Numbered from the stretch's first letter, positions 29,200 to 42,900 are shown. The stretch: 64,000 nucleotides of DNA from Eledone cirrhosa (GCA_964016885.1 OZ024745.1:55676001-55740000); one strand, 5' to 3'. The notes: a model not told the origin generated them from the letters alone. Translations and numbers: made by a program.

Positions 29200-30721
29200 T
29201 ATATGTTTGTGTGTGTGTGTGTGTGTGTGCGTATATATATATATATATCTTTTTTTTTTTTTTTTTTTAATTCATTTACACTACCATATATAAGACTCCC
29301 TGTGTGTGCTGGTGGGTCTAAATTTAGGAAGGTGAATCGATATTGAAATATAACCGCGTGACAACTAGATTAAAATGAAATGAAACATTCGTAAAATATT
29401 CAACAGAGGAATAAAGATATATTTTGAATTATATAGTTCAGTTTATTATGTCAGCGGTTGATGTTTATATTAAAACATATTACAGTATTAATTGAAGAAT
29501 CCTTTTTTCTTTAGTTCAAGAATTATAGATACTCAGTAATATTGACAAGGTTATTTAGATAATCATTTATTGCTAATGATTCAATGCCGTTTGTCTTCAT
29601 TATATCATGATTGATGATCTAGATATTGTGAATCTATCCAAAAGGACACGAATACCGATAATTAATGTAGTGATTAAAATACAGTAATCGATGTCTTCTC
29701 AGACAAAATATATTAAACAGAGTTTAATTAATCAATATAAATTGTTGAGATCATTGGAGTAATTCTCGACATATATACATGATTTAAGAATGATATTTAG
29801 TATTAATACATCTACTAAAATTTCAATGAATACATAGGAAGATAGATGAATAGATAGATAGATAGATTCATGCATACAGTGCTACCTATAGTTACGTACG
29901 CACATATATACGGATCGCTCTATACGTATGTGTGTGCACAATTGTGAGAAAAATAATATTAGATTTCATAAGCAGATATTCGAGATTCGAACCATTTACA
30001 TCATGCTAATCCTCAAACAATAAAACCGGCAACAATTGAACGCACGTGTGATTTCTTGTTAAACAAATCATTCTATTTACTACGTTGCGACTTACTTTCC
30101 TGTTATTCGTAGTCTGTATTCACAAGAAATGCTTTTCGATGCTTCGGCAATATTATGTCAAAGCTGAATGCTAACACAAATAAAAAAAAATAAGAATCAG
30201 AATAATCATTTTAAGCAAGATAACATTTTCACGTAAGTTACATTTATATTGTCTGTATAAATGTCTGTATTAATGTGTGTGTATGCACTGCTGAGAATGA
30301 AGTGTGTTACATACCAGTGTTAAATATCATGAATCCAAATTAACCAGGACATAGTATGTCAGTAGTATCGCAGATGGAGTACATGCTACACTAATGATGA
30401 AATCGTGGTGTACGAATAATTACTATAGACTCATATCGATAAATATTTAGTGTATCTGCGATATGTTTCGGCCTACAATGATCTATCTCTATATGCGCGT
30501 GTATGTGTGAATGTTTAACAGTATACAATAGTAATAGTAGCATTCCCCTTACGCGGTATGCTATGTTACATGACAAAGCTATCTTTGAATTAAATTATAA
30601 TCAAATGCATAAGAAATACTTTCTAATTAAAATGATAAAACGCTATATGAAACCGTAACATAAGAAGAAAAAATAGTAAAAGATATACTAATAAGAACTC
30701 AACAATGTGTCTTAAGCTATA

Positions 30722-30781
30722 TAAATGAGGACTGGTGAATTAAATGAGGACTGGTGAATTAAATGAGGACTGGTGAATTAA
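30722..30781. repeat. 19-bp tandem repeat, 3 copies
   Basis: TAAATGAGGACTGGTGAAT x3. Confidence 0.9.
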
Positions 30782-30939
30782 AGTATGGGAATACAATTTT
30801 AATTGAGTCAAAGGGAAATCGTTCCTTTGTGTTCTAAGTGAAAGTTTGTGATGTGTCGTTCGCTTAAATTTACCTCTTATACTCAATCCAGGCCAATGAC
30901 ATGTTTGTGTGATATTGCTTACAATGCCGCAAATATGTT

Positions 30940-32260
30940 TTATCAGTAACCAGGTGATCCCTGCTATCCTCTACCTTTTCCTATATCGTTTTTTCCCCCA
31001 TTGGTTGTATTCCCTCCGTTGACATAAAAGCATATGTTTTTTCTCCCGCAAATAACCCAGTCAGAACCTTCCATATTAATGTTTAGGTATGCTATAAGGT
31101 TGTATATTCCCATTGCTTTACCCTTTCTTCTCTTTTTCATCACAAGCTCCCTATAATTAATCTGGAGAGGACTGCATCCCCCTGGACATATTCATTCAAT
31201 TGTGTTTCAAGTATTTCATGTATTGCATTGCATCTCCTTAACCAAAATAACGTGGATACCGTCTTGTCAGTGGGCATTCCAGTTTGGTATCTTGGCTACC
31301 AGATCCTTCACATCGACGTGCCTATGGTAATGCCTCTGTATACTTTCTCCTTGCAAATCTGTCTTGATGGTGTATAACCACTTAGCATCCTATTTATGCC
31401 CCCTACTGCTTCCCAATATCCCATTGCAGAACTCATTGTATTTATGAGAATTAGGAATAGCATCCTTCCCTTTCCCATTGTATCCTTCCAAGGTGCGGGA
31501 GGATAGTTTTGCATTATTTTGGAACAATCCATTCTTCTCGAACCGGATATTTCTATCTATCTTCAGGCCTTTCGAGAAAATTCTCTATTTTAGCTGTTCC
31601 ATCATGGTATGGAATCCGCTCTAACATATTGAATATGTCTTGTCTTGTGCGTTTTTGCTATTTTTCCACTTTCTTCGAAACTGTATTATGACATTTTCAA
31701 TGTGTCTTTTCCCCCTGGTTCTTTTGCTTTGCTCTGGATAGTGCTCCTCTGTAGCATGTTCACCTCTACAACCAGTGCAACAGCTCGCATAATGATTCTA
31801 GTTTGCGTTATATCTTCTGTATGAGAGCATCTATCTTTTTTTAATTATCATACTCCTATCTAGACTTCTCATATTCTTTGGAATATTTCTTCTTGGGCAT
31901 TCATCAAATCTATAAGACGTCTGCGCAACTCATCATCCAAGTTACACCCCCATCTTGTGTCACCATTCTCATCTCCAGTCATACCAGGGTTTAATGAACA
32001 ACATTTATCTTCAGCAGCCCTACCATTGCCAGCAAAATCTCCCTGCTACTGCTGTCCATTTTCTTTTCTGCTTTCAACCATAAAGACGGCTTCAACTTCT
32101 ATTCTAACCACCATTTGATTTTTATCTGCAGGTTCTTTTAAGCGTTCACTAATCCGATATATTTGAACCTCAGTTAACCAGCCTTTCCTCCTAGTTCCCT
32201 TGACTTTATTCATGAATTTACATTCAGAAATCTCAAACATGCTATATTACATCCAAACGA
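30940..32260 (-). pseudogene. Degraded Dong/R4-like retrotransposon, N-terminal to early RT region
   Basis: Minus-strand fragments MFEISE..RRKGWLTEV, EDITQTRIIMRAVALVV, KIPNWNAH*QDGIH (cf. NWKAPGPDG). Confidence 0.6.
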
Positions 32261-32710
32261 CAACAGTGTGTAATCCTATTGCACGACATATATTTGTGCT
32301 GTTTAATGACATTCAATCTGTTTAGCTTACTCTTTCTTCATCTATTTGTGTCTAACTTCGCACAATTCTTTGTCATCTGTTGCCTGGTAATGACTGTCTA
32401 GAGCCAGGTCACTTCCCCTGTTGCTGGGATTTCTAAACATGCAGGGTGAGGGACGTTCACGCCGTTAAATATTTAATTTTATTTTGTGTATCATGATTCC
32501 TACAAACTGGTGTTTCTATTGAGACACCGTTTCTATATACACTGCATCACCAAACTAAAGCGTGTCTTCTTCATTATCATTATCTTTATCAAAGCCATCG
32601 CCACCACCACCACTATCATCGCTATAATTATTATCAGTAATACCTTTATTATCATTATCACCATCATTATTGCTTTTATTATTCATATGATTATTATTAT
32701 AATTATTGTT

Positions 32711-33056
32711 CTTTGAGTCTCAGTCATTGATGTTAGTTAACTGGAAAGTTTGTTGAAATGAATATCAAGCCACTACCTGCAGCCTCAGATATTCAGGATG
32801 TATCGGAGGGTTCTTGCTGTTCCCAGCAAGCATGCCTTTTGAAGCGTTCCAAAAAGCGTGGCGGGGCCAATTTTCTTTAACCATCCCTGGAAACTTTTTG
32901 AGATAGTACCTAGTGCGCCTATGACAATCGGGACCACTTTGACTTCATGGCAGTTCCAAATCCTTTTTACCTCCCACTTTAAGTCCTGGTATCGGTCAAT
33001 TTTCTCCCTCTCCTTCTCTTGCACTCTCGTGTCGAATGGGCAGGCCACATCCACAA
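32711..33056 (-). mobile_element. 5'-truncated Dong/R4-like LINE 3' end (REL endonuclease C-terminus), copy 2
   Basis: VDVACPFD..KE.EKIDRYQDL..VPIVIGALG..LQKACLLGT; embedded in (TAA)n. Confidence 0.9.
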
Positions 33057-33092
33057 TAATAATAATAATAATAATTATTATTATTGTTGTTA

Positions 33093-33585
33093 TTCCTTGA
33101 ATCTCAGTCATTGATGTTGGTTAACTGGAAAGTCCGTTGGATTGAATATCAAGCCACTACCTGCAGCCTCATATATTCAGGACGTATCGGAGGGTTCTTG
33201 CTGTTCCAAGCAAGCATGCCTTTTGAAGCGTTCCAAAAAGCGTGAAGGGGCCGATTTTCTTTAACCATCCCTGGAAACTTTTGGAGATAGTCCCCAGTGC
33301 GCCTATGACAATCGGGATCACTTTGACTTCATGGCAGTTCCAAATCCTTTTCACCTCCCACTTTAGGTCCTGGTATCGGTTAATTTTCTCCCTCTCCTTC
33401 TCTTGCACTCTCGTGTCGAACGGGCAGGCCACATCCACAATCAGACACGATCTTTTTTCTTTGTCCACAACCACCAGGTCAGGTCTATTGTGTTCCAGTT
33501 TTTTGTCCGTCTGTATCCTAAAATCCCACAGCACCTTCACCTGATTGTTCTCCATCACCGCCTCTGGCCTATGCTCATACCATTT

Positions 33586-33588
<3 letters not shown>
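33093..33588 (-). mobile_element. 5'-truncated Dong/R4-like LINE 3' end (REL endonuclease), copy 1
   Basis: LWDFRIQTD..HNRPDLVVVDK..IVDVACPFD..K..KINRYQDL (PD-D/ExK type); flanked by (TAA)n. Confidence 0.92.
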
Positions 33589-33639
<51 letters not shown>

Positions 33640-34259
33640 GTTGTTGTTGTTGTTGTATCATTATTATTATTATTATCGTCATTATTATTATAGGTGGTGT
33701 TTCTGTTGCGTTGGCTGATCTCGTTTTTGTAATTTTTGCCTTTGTTTCAGATGCTATTGCAGCTAATATTAATATTAGAAAGAATAATAACCTTTCTTCG
33801 GGAATTATTAGATCCAGAAAGCCATGTTTATTAAATATGGTATTGAAATTATCTATGCACAACGCCATTAACTGATACACAGAGGATTCTACACAAAGGC
33901 CGCCGATAGACTTAACAATATTATAATACAATATAAAGTTTTACGGTTGCGGTGCATAAACAAGATAAAATACCCAAATCAATATCGGTTATTGCATGCG
34001 CTATCATACAAACAAAAGTGATTACACTTAGAAAGTGGATGCAAGTTAATATTCGAAAATTATTTAGTAAACTGAATACTGCAATACTTAATCTGTTTTG
34101 CTGTATGCTCTACAGATAAGGCATGTAAATAAATGAATAGATAACGAACGGAGGATATATGCAACAACTATGATTGAACAATATTTGCATTAAATTAATA
34201 TGTCCAAGTATGTACATAATGCAAGAAGACTCTTCGCTATATTAGAATATTTCTCCTTC

Positions 34260-34353
<94 letters not shown>

Positions 34354-34354
<1 letters not shown>

Positions 34355-34400
34355 TAGTGAGCGCATGACACAAACAAGTGGTGCGTCATGACTAAATGTA
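34354..34400 (-). mobile_element. Possible Helitron-like 3' terminus
   Basis: CATGAC...GTCATG hairpin followed by CTAG|T into (TA)n on the minus strand; other end not found. Confidence 0.3.
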
Positions 34401-35194
34401 TATCACAAACTTCGTTTGAATAAGAGGTCAAATGGGATGTATTCTGCAGCTTTGTTCCAGCATCAATCTTTTGAGACCCGATTAGTTACTATACATTTTT
34501 ACATCGACGCATTTACGCTTAATCTATGAGGTTGGCGTCTGTGATATCAACAATACATAAGAGAATAACAGAAGAATTTATTTCTCTGATTCAAAATGCA
34601 GAAGTCTGTGTGTATTGGTTTCATTCACCAGTCAAGCTGGAGCAAATACCTGTTGACGTTACAACTGATGATATATGTTTAATATGCGAAATACTTGTTC
34701 CTTTTTCCACATAATGTAAGTTTAAATGACAGTATGCTTGTAGAACTAACTTATACATATTGTATTGCAGTGTGAGATAAAAGGATTATACATCTTAGAA
34801 AATCTCGACCGAAGGGAATACCTGTAAGCACAACAAATTGATATGCCTCTTAAATTAAAGTTAAGTGCTGTTTCGCATTGCTCATAACAACAATTGCCCT
34901 CTAAACAGAACCTGAATAAATTTAACGGCATTTGTAAATACTGTTTGGAACATCGTGTATGTTGGTGGAAATTGTAGAAATTCAGGATCGCTGAAAATAA
35001 CAATTCCTATGGTATATTTATAGTGGCCAACTGAATATTTGTATAGGAACCTTGTATATTAGGAGTGCTTGCATTTATATCATTCTGTATTAGAGCACCT
35101 TATTTACTGTGGTGACCCACCGATTGAACCCGGGATACACACATACACACATACGTATATATATATATATAAAGGCAAATATATATACTATTGA

Positions 35195-35345
35195 TTTTAT
35201 TTCACATTGCTTTACTTTACTCAGCTGTCGATATGAGTTGCGAGGTCTATGCTGTGCAATGTTGTGCCGACATTTACCTTTCCCTTGGGCAATATCGGTG
35301 GCGTAGAGAGGTAGAGGTGTATGCATGGACCACTGCTGAACACCC
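35195..35345 (+). mobile_element. SINE body fragment
   Basis: TTTATTTCACATTGCT..TTTACTCAGCTGT..ATGAG core shared with the 21860 and 23338 SINEs. Confidence 0.6.
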
Positions 35346-35434
35346 ACAAACCACCTTGCCCCAGACATTTTTGCCTCGGAGCAGAAATTTCAATGTGCCA
35401 ATTCCATGTTTATTTGTGGCTCAATGAGTCTGTA

Positions 35435-35510
<76 letters not shown>

Positions 35511-35534
35511 GTATATATATATATATTATATATT

Positions 35535-36063
35535 ATATCCACTCCGAGAAAAGATGTTATGCTTAGAGAAATCATAGAGGTGACATATATAAACGAACTC
35601 CAACCAAAATTAAACAGAAAACATGAGTGGAATCGCAACATCACAACTAGTATTTAACGACAAAATGAAGACATACGGACACACACAAGAACCAAGGTAA
35701 CAAAACGAATCAGACACAACAGATATAACAAACGACTAACTTGTTACAAGTAAGTAAATACATAAATAAATAAATAAAAAACATACACATGCGCAAAGTA
35801 AGCCCATTACACAACATACAAAAACATGATGGTTTAGGACAGAACAAAGGAGGGACACAAAATAAAAACCGAGTCACTGAGGAGGTCACATAATGTGTGA
35901 CAAAAGAGCGTTGACAATATATAAAGAACCTTTCGGTTATCGAACCAACCAACCGGAAATGTATAATACATTGAAGTGAAAAGCAACAGGTGCGAGTGTT
36001 TTTATTAGTAGCATGACACTCCCAAAGTATAACAATATACTTTGGGAGGGTCATGCTACTAAT
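35535..36063 (+). mobile_element. Diverged 3' fragment of PLE family A with decayed HHR and terminal hairpin
   Basis: STPRKDVMLREIIEV..INELQPKLNRKHEW matches the family A C-terminus; CTGAGGA..gtcaca/tgtgac at ~35872-35915; inverted tip 36002-36063. Confidence 0.85.
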
Positions 36064-37128
36064 AATATATATATTAATAATAATATATGCATATACATAC
36101 AAACACATTCATGCTTACATATACATGCATGTTTAAGTCCATATATGTATCATGAGCTTTCAATTAATTGAAGATAGATACATCAACGACTATATTCAGG
36201 TGTATGACTTTGAAAAGAAATAGGCTTGATATATTATCCTATAATGTACGTGCTTTGATTATTACTTTGTTTTTAGACAATAACTATTCTTAGGGTACTG
36301 CTTGCATCCTCTAGTTCCGTCCCCGTCACAAATATAATAATGCTGTGATTGGACTAATTAAAAACGAATATTTTGTATATGTTTACATTAAATTTCTTTT
36401 AAACCTTCTCATATATTCGATCAACAGTATCAAGATGTAATCATTCAACTCATCTATCGTCAAGCGAATTTTGATCATGCAATTAAAGCAGAGCAATCGA
36501 ATGAAATTTTACAGACTGATTAACACATATAGCTATGATATAAATACAAGACGCTACACAGAATCAGGGATGTTACTGCTCTTTCTGTTGAGGAGCTGAT
36601 AATATCTAAAATCGAAAATAAAACATTTCATGTTTTTCTCTTAATTAATTACCAACACGAGGACTATTTATAAGCACATTAATACGTCAATTTCAGAATT
36701 ATATTTTTCTGGCATGTCTACATATTAGATATGTGTGTATATTTATACGAGTTTGCGCAGTCTCGATTACATATTCTGCATCTATTCAGATATAAGTTTA
36801 TCATACCCTTCGGCTGCAAGCGCACATTATATTATATACCTTAATTATATGCAAATTAGTACGTCAAGTTCAGAATAATACTATGGGCGAATGGTTATAC
36901 CCATCAAAGGCATGTACTCTTGTGGATGATTGGATGAAATATACATCTTCTGACTAGGATCCAATTAGATCCGAAAATGAATTAAATATGTTTATCCTAT
37001 TTTTCTATTTACATAGAAATCCCTATTTTCTAGCATGACATTAATTGCCTAGATATTAGATATGTGTATATATTTATACAGTTTCGAGAAAACTCGGTTA
37101 CATACTGTATATATATACATATACATAT

Positions 37129-37757
37129 AAAATTAGAACTGGTGCTCTGAAATAGCGATGTATATATGAATGTATATATAGTATATTTGGCAATACACTG
37201 TATGCTTAATTAAAAGCATTTTGAAAACCATACGCTATTGTTTTAAAGTAGTGACTATGTCACTTACTTCTTTTTTCAACAAACAAAGGGAGCTAAGCTG
37301 ACAGATCTCTGTTTCACACTGTTGGTATTCATCAGAGCTTAGTACTCGCCTTTGTCTGTTGAAAATTATAAATGTTGGATGCTTATAGAATTCCAGTAAT
37401 AATCAGGAACTGATTATACAGAGCGGTTGCCGGTCCAGCAAAAACTGAAATTTAGGATTGGTGCTCTGAAATAGCGATGTATATATGAATGTCACTACTT
37501 TAAAACAATAGCGTATGGTCTTCAAGATGCTTTTAATTAAGCATACAGTGTATTGCCAAATATACTATATATACATTCATATATACATCGCTATTTCAGA
37601 GCACCAATTCTAATTTTCACTTTTTGGTGGACCGGCAACCGGTCTGTATGATCAGTTCCTGATTATTACTGGAATTCTATAAGAATCCAACATTTATAAT
37701 TTTCAAAATGCTTTTAATTAAGCAAACAGTGTATTGCCAAATATACTATATATACAC
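37129..37757 (-). mobile_element. ~320-bp unit element (1.1 tandem units plus an inverted copy) with a canonical HHR; retrozyme-like
   Basis: GTGCTCTGAAATAGCGATGTATATATGAAT at 37142 and 37462 (period 320); 37491-37757 is reverse complement of the unit; short TA-rich flanks. Confidence 0.75.
37294..37341 (-). ncRNA. Canonical type I hammerhead ribozyme
   Basis: Minus strand: taagct-CTGATGA-atac(caaca)gtgt-GAAA-caga(ga)tct-GTC-agctta; all core nucleotides and three stems present. Confidence 0.88.
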
Positions 37758-39544
37758 ATATATATATATATATATATATATATCGCTTCCTCTTTCTCTG
37801 TATCTTTACCCTCTCTAGCAGTCATTCTCTCTGTTACCCTCTTCCTCACCCTTCACTCACTCATTCTATGTTACTACCTCTCCTCCTCCTCCTCCTCCTC
37901 CTTCTTCCTGTTTGACCTGTGCGTAATTCTTTTCTTTCGCACTCTTGGTCTAGCAGGTCGTTCTTTTTCTCTCTCTCGTCTACGATTTCACAGAACTCAC
38001 GTTCACCGAAATCACAGACTAGATCCCTTCTTCCTCCCGTTAGACCTGTACGGAATTCCTTCCTTGCTTACATTCCAACCAGGTTTGATGGTCTTTTTTC
38101 TCTCTCGTTCACGATTTCACCGAACTTAAATTCATAGAAATTTGGGACTTGACTTCTTCTTCCTCACTTTTCGTTGCTCACCATTTTTGTTGTTTACACT
38201 CTTGTCCCCTTTATTTACGTGTCCCAACGACTTTTTTTAGCCGTTGCTCGCACCAACCGGAGGTATATGGTCTTTAAAGCGATGAAATACCAATGATGGT
38301 TGGAAGATCACTGATGAAGGACTAACTTTATTCATATGTAACCCAATAACAACGCCGCAGCACGTTTATTTTCATATATACATACATATATATTGTTGTT
38401 TCAACTGTTTTTCATATTACCAAACACTTACAATAACATTTTATCTAATTTCTTGTTTACCATCAAGTCGTGATTATTTTTACAATTTCACATTCCGGGG
38501 TAAATTAAGTTTCAACATATTAGTGGAGTTGAATAAAAACATAGTACCTAAACAATTACTCATTTTCATCATATCTCTATTAATAAACAATATATCATTT
38601 ATTAATGGTTAATTTAAATATTGAGTTTATCAGAATATTGATAGCAATATTATTCTATTTGTTATTATCAAAATATTTTTTAATAATAACATGGCTAATA
38701 GGAAATCAGTTCAGCCTTTAACATTTCATAACATCTAGAAAGAAGCAAGAAACCAATTTATTAATAAATTTTACTCGTTTTTGTCATTAAAAAAATCGTT
38801 TAAATGGAATATGAATGGATATTTGCAATATTTCTCTCTTTCCTCTCTTTGCTGTTATTGCAATTTCCAATTAAAATATTTAATAGAAATTAATGCACTG
38901 CAATAAAAGAGATTTATATAAAAATCACATGTGTTAATTTATGAATTCCTGTATTTTGAAATGTAATCAATGTAAAATTATGGACTCTTTTACTATTTTA
39001 CTTAAGGATAATTTATATTAAATTTCTAATTTAAATATTATCTTTTTTCTGTCTAAAAAAGCTATGCAGAAGGTAATATAAATTTAATTATAAAATATAG
39101 CATCCATATGAAAAACTATTTTAAATTGTTTATAATTTCATCAGTTATAAATAAAGCTTTTATCCACTGATACAACGTCACTGTATATATTCCAAAAATG
39201 CATTACAGGGAAATATATAAAATATCCATACCCTTAAATGGGATATCAATGGTACATGTGTATGAACTTTCATATACAAATAGATTTATATACATACACT
39301 CACAGATATATATATATTGAATTAGAAGCTTGAGCACACACAATATGGACAGAAAATGAAACGAATATGGACACGTTTCTTCCACATCATTCTGCTTGAG
39401 ATCACAACCATATCAGTACATTAAGACATGTTGATGAACCATTGTATGAACAGTTGATTTGGCTAACAGTGTAACATATCTGTTAAAGCAAATAAATTCA
39501 GCTACAGATAGATTTAACTCAGAAGCAAGTTCACACCCCAAATA

Positions 39545-39847
39545 TATCTTGGAAACGTGGCCTGTTCAGTGTAGTTGTGACTTCCGTAGCAAGACCACGA
39601 TGCTGGTGACCTCCCCCGTTCAAGGACTTTAACATTACTGATAAAGTCTCTCTGAGTCATATAAGATGGTGGTAAGGACTATGACTCAGTACACTCTGAT
39701 CTTGGTACACTTCTGAACGTGGTTATTGTTCCAAACGCGTTTGTACAGTCAGCCAAATGCACGCTCACCCTTGCCAGTCTGTTGCTGATTTACTTGTCGA
39801 TCTTTGCATCTGGTGTAATAGTGCACCCTAGATAGGTGAACTGACGT
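39545..39847 (-). pseudogene. RTE-clade (BovB-like) LINE RT C-terminal fragment
   Basis: Translates QFTYLGCTITPDAKIDK*ISNRLAR..AFG*LYKRVWNN..TKIRVY*VIVLTTILYDSE..QLH*TGHVSK. Confidence 0.8.
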
Positions 39848-39850
39848 AAT

Positions 39851-39928
<78 letters not shown>

Positions 39929-40355
39929 TGTGAGCGTGTGTGTATGTGTTTATATGCTATATAGAGTATATGCTATATTACTTGCTTAATCTACAAAGAA
40001 ATTTAAAGTTTTTACAATAATATCGTTCCTAATTAAATAGTTATTTATGCTATATACTTTATGCGTACTTAGGTGGACAGCAACTCAAATGTCGATAATA
40101 CATTATTTTGTGCAAATGTTCTTGTTAACTGCACTAAAATCAACTAATACCTGCACTATTTCTTATCATAATATCAAATATCCTGTTCATTACATTATAT
40201 GAACCATTCTGTTTTATTATAATATATTTATCATTTTCCCATTAAGATATATTTCCTACCTTCACAATAAGTTTTAGTTTTTGGTTCCTTCATGAAACCA
40301 TTATATTCACGTTTAAAGCATTGACTGATATCCTCCGTAGACATATATATATATT

Positions 40356-40393
<38 letters not shown>

Positions 40394-40423
40394 ATGATAT
40401 TGGTGTTGTATTATTAATAGTAT

Positions 40424-40482
<59 letters not shown>

Positions 40483-40488
<6 letters not shown>

Positions 40489-40853
40489 AAAAAGGGATGA
40501 AATCGAAAATGCAACTGAAGTCTTATTTTTTTAAAAATATATATATTTATTTGATTCCTTTACCGGTTTCGCAGTTCTTCTGCTTTTCAAAAGGTGAGTT
40601 GAGATGGAGGGTCTGTGGTTTTTCTCACATCTGTGATTTTTCTCACAGATGTGAGAAAAACCACAGACCCTCCATCTCAACTCACCTTTTGAAAAGCAGA
40701 AGAACTGCGAAACCGGTAAAGGAATCAAATAAATATATATATTTTTAAAAAAATAAGACTTCAGTTGCATTTTCGATTTCATCCCTTTTTCTTTATACTT
40801 CCACTCGTGTAGGACACCTCGGTTATTTTTCATTTTGTAAAAAAAACCTCACT

Positions 40854-40857
<4 letters not shown>
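40483..40857. mobile_element. Fold-back copy of the 3' tip of PLE family X (~150-bp arms plus 60-nt extension)
   Basis: Near-perfect palindrome centred at ~40639; 40647-40857 is the reverse complement of 53147-53358. Confidence 0.9.
40685..40722 (+). ncRNA. Minimal hammerhead motif, U3-A8 variant (mirror 40557-40594 and copy 53283-53320, both minus strand)
   Basis: cctt-TTGAAAA-gcag(aagaa)ctgc-GAAAC-cg-GTA-aagg; palindromic stem III ACCGGT. Confidence 0.75.
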
Positions 40858-40925
<68 letters not shown>

Positions 40926-40928
40926 ATA

Positions 40929-41018
<90 letters not shown>

Positions 41019-41019
41019 T

Positions 41020-41428
41020 AATATATAAGATCAAAAGATGGTTAAAGGAGTTCCATGTATTTTATTATGCGCATTTCAAAAACAAACATCATCATGCAAT
41101 AATATTTGTGTTTTCATCAGATAAAACAGGAGAACATGATATGAAGGCTAAAAAACACTTGTGGATATTGCAGTTTTAAATCAACATGCACTATCCACAA
41201 GTGTTTTTTAGCCTTCATATCATGTTCTCCTGTTTTATCTGATGAAAACACAAATATTATTGCATGATGATGTTTGTTTTTGAAATGCGCATAATAAAAT
41301 ACATGGAACTCCTTTAACCATCTTTTGATCTTATATATTATGTATACTCCAGTCCTACACCTGTAGAGTGCTTCTTATCCGATATCTGCATTGCGTTATT
41401 GTACTACAATAAAACTCACCTCCTACAT
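41020..41428. mobile_element. Fold-back insertion family Y (~155-bp arms plus ~90-nt extension) with HHR-like motif
   Basis: Palindrome centred at ~41180; ttat-CTGATGA-aaac...gtttt-t-GAAA-tgcgc-ataa at 41235-41294, lacking U16.1. Confidence 0.8.
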
Positions 41429-41433
41429 ATACA

Positions 41434-41547
<114 letters not shown>

Positions 41548-42373
41548 TGTGAGTGTGTTCCTCTGCGTGAGTATGTCTAGCTGTGTGAGTATATGTTTAT
41601 ATGTGTGCGCCCGTTCTATATAAACATATACCCGTTAAACAGAAACATGTATATATGAACGTCGTTACCTAATAGATTCTATGCATTGTTAAATGTTATT
41701 TTAAACCTATTATAATATGGTGGTAACTACGCTGATATCAATTTAAAAATGTTAGCTAACAAAACGTTATTACTATTTTTTATTTTATCTTTTCTCCCGA
41801 AGTTCTAATTTAAAATATAACGAAAAATAAATGCAATAATGAGCTACATTTACGAATTTGTTCTCTTAATTCTATTGCTTTTCCGTTTCCTTATCTTTAT
41901 TTCTAAGCTTGCATATTTTTTTACTTTTACAATCTTCCTGTTTATGCATACATTACTAACAGAGTTTGTTACATGAAACACATATATTTTACATTATAAA
42001 TGAAACCAATCAGACGTTGTTTTGTTGAAGCTGATATTATTGCCGTTATTGTAGTTGTATAATCCCAAGAGAACTCTGAATGATTAAATTTATATTTAAC
42101 AATAAGGAATAAACCGACAATACCGTGGTTGAATGTCTGAATTCTGAATTAAATTGTCTATTTTTTCCGTTTGCTAATTATGATAAATTGTGTGAGCCTC
42201 TTTTCGGACAAAAACAATTTCTTTGACTCATGTAACATGCTGAAGGAATATGCTAGATCCTGTATCTGCGGGTCAAAAATAAAAACACATTTTTTTTCTT
42301 TATTCTGTTTTCATTAATGCATCTTGGAATGTGTTCACTATCATTATGTTGGTATATAACTAGTATGCAATTT

Positions 42374-42431
42374 ACACCTGAAGATGTCACCGGATTCTTA
42401 GGCAACTTGGCCACTGAAAAATGTATAGTGT
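42374..42431 (+). ncRNA. Decayed hammerhead-like motif
   Basis: acac-CTGAAGA-...ggccact-GAAA-aatgta-TA-gtgt then AATAAA; resembles the family C HHR; stem II eroded. Confidence 0.5.
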
Positions 42432-42694
42432 TTACAGAAATAAATAATTAAGGAAGCTCAACCTGCCCGGCCTCCTGTCATTTTAATTTATAATATATTT
42501 AACTCCGTTCCCGCACCACCAGTATGATTCAACATCAATTATGGATGAGTTGTATAACGTCGAGACCTTTTTCCCATATTACGTCATGATTACCATTGCT
42601 GAATATATATATGTAGTCGATCGACTTTCATTAAATCGGACCGAGGAAACAATGTTTCCATTGGTCTTTCCAAAATTGCTAATACTCTTTATCG

Positions 42695-42832
42695 GTCGCA
42701 ACTCCAGGTATAAGGGGCAACACAAAATAAAGTGTCTTGCTCAAGGACATATCGCATCGCCCGGTACAGGATTCGAACTGACAACCTCACGATTGCGAAT
42801 CCAGTTATCTAACCATTCAGCCACACGCTTTC
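42695..42832 (-). mobile_element. tRNA-derived SINE in left arm (mirror copy 49442-49580, plus strand)
   Basis: A-box TGGCTGAATGG, B-box GTTCGAATCC, core TCCTTGAGCAAGACACTT. Confidence 0.8.
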
Positions 42833-42900
42833 ATATATATATATTTAAATATATATATATATATATATACACACACATATATATATACACACACATATAT

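Noticed and set aside
30722-30781. Short regular repeats as a CRISPR array
   Set aside because: No spacers, eukaryotic context, no cas genes.
38305-38345. CTGATGA motif after pyrimidine-rich subrepeats
   Set aside because: No GAAA or stems; at most a decayed remnant.
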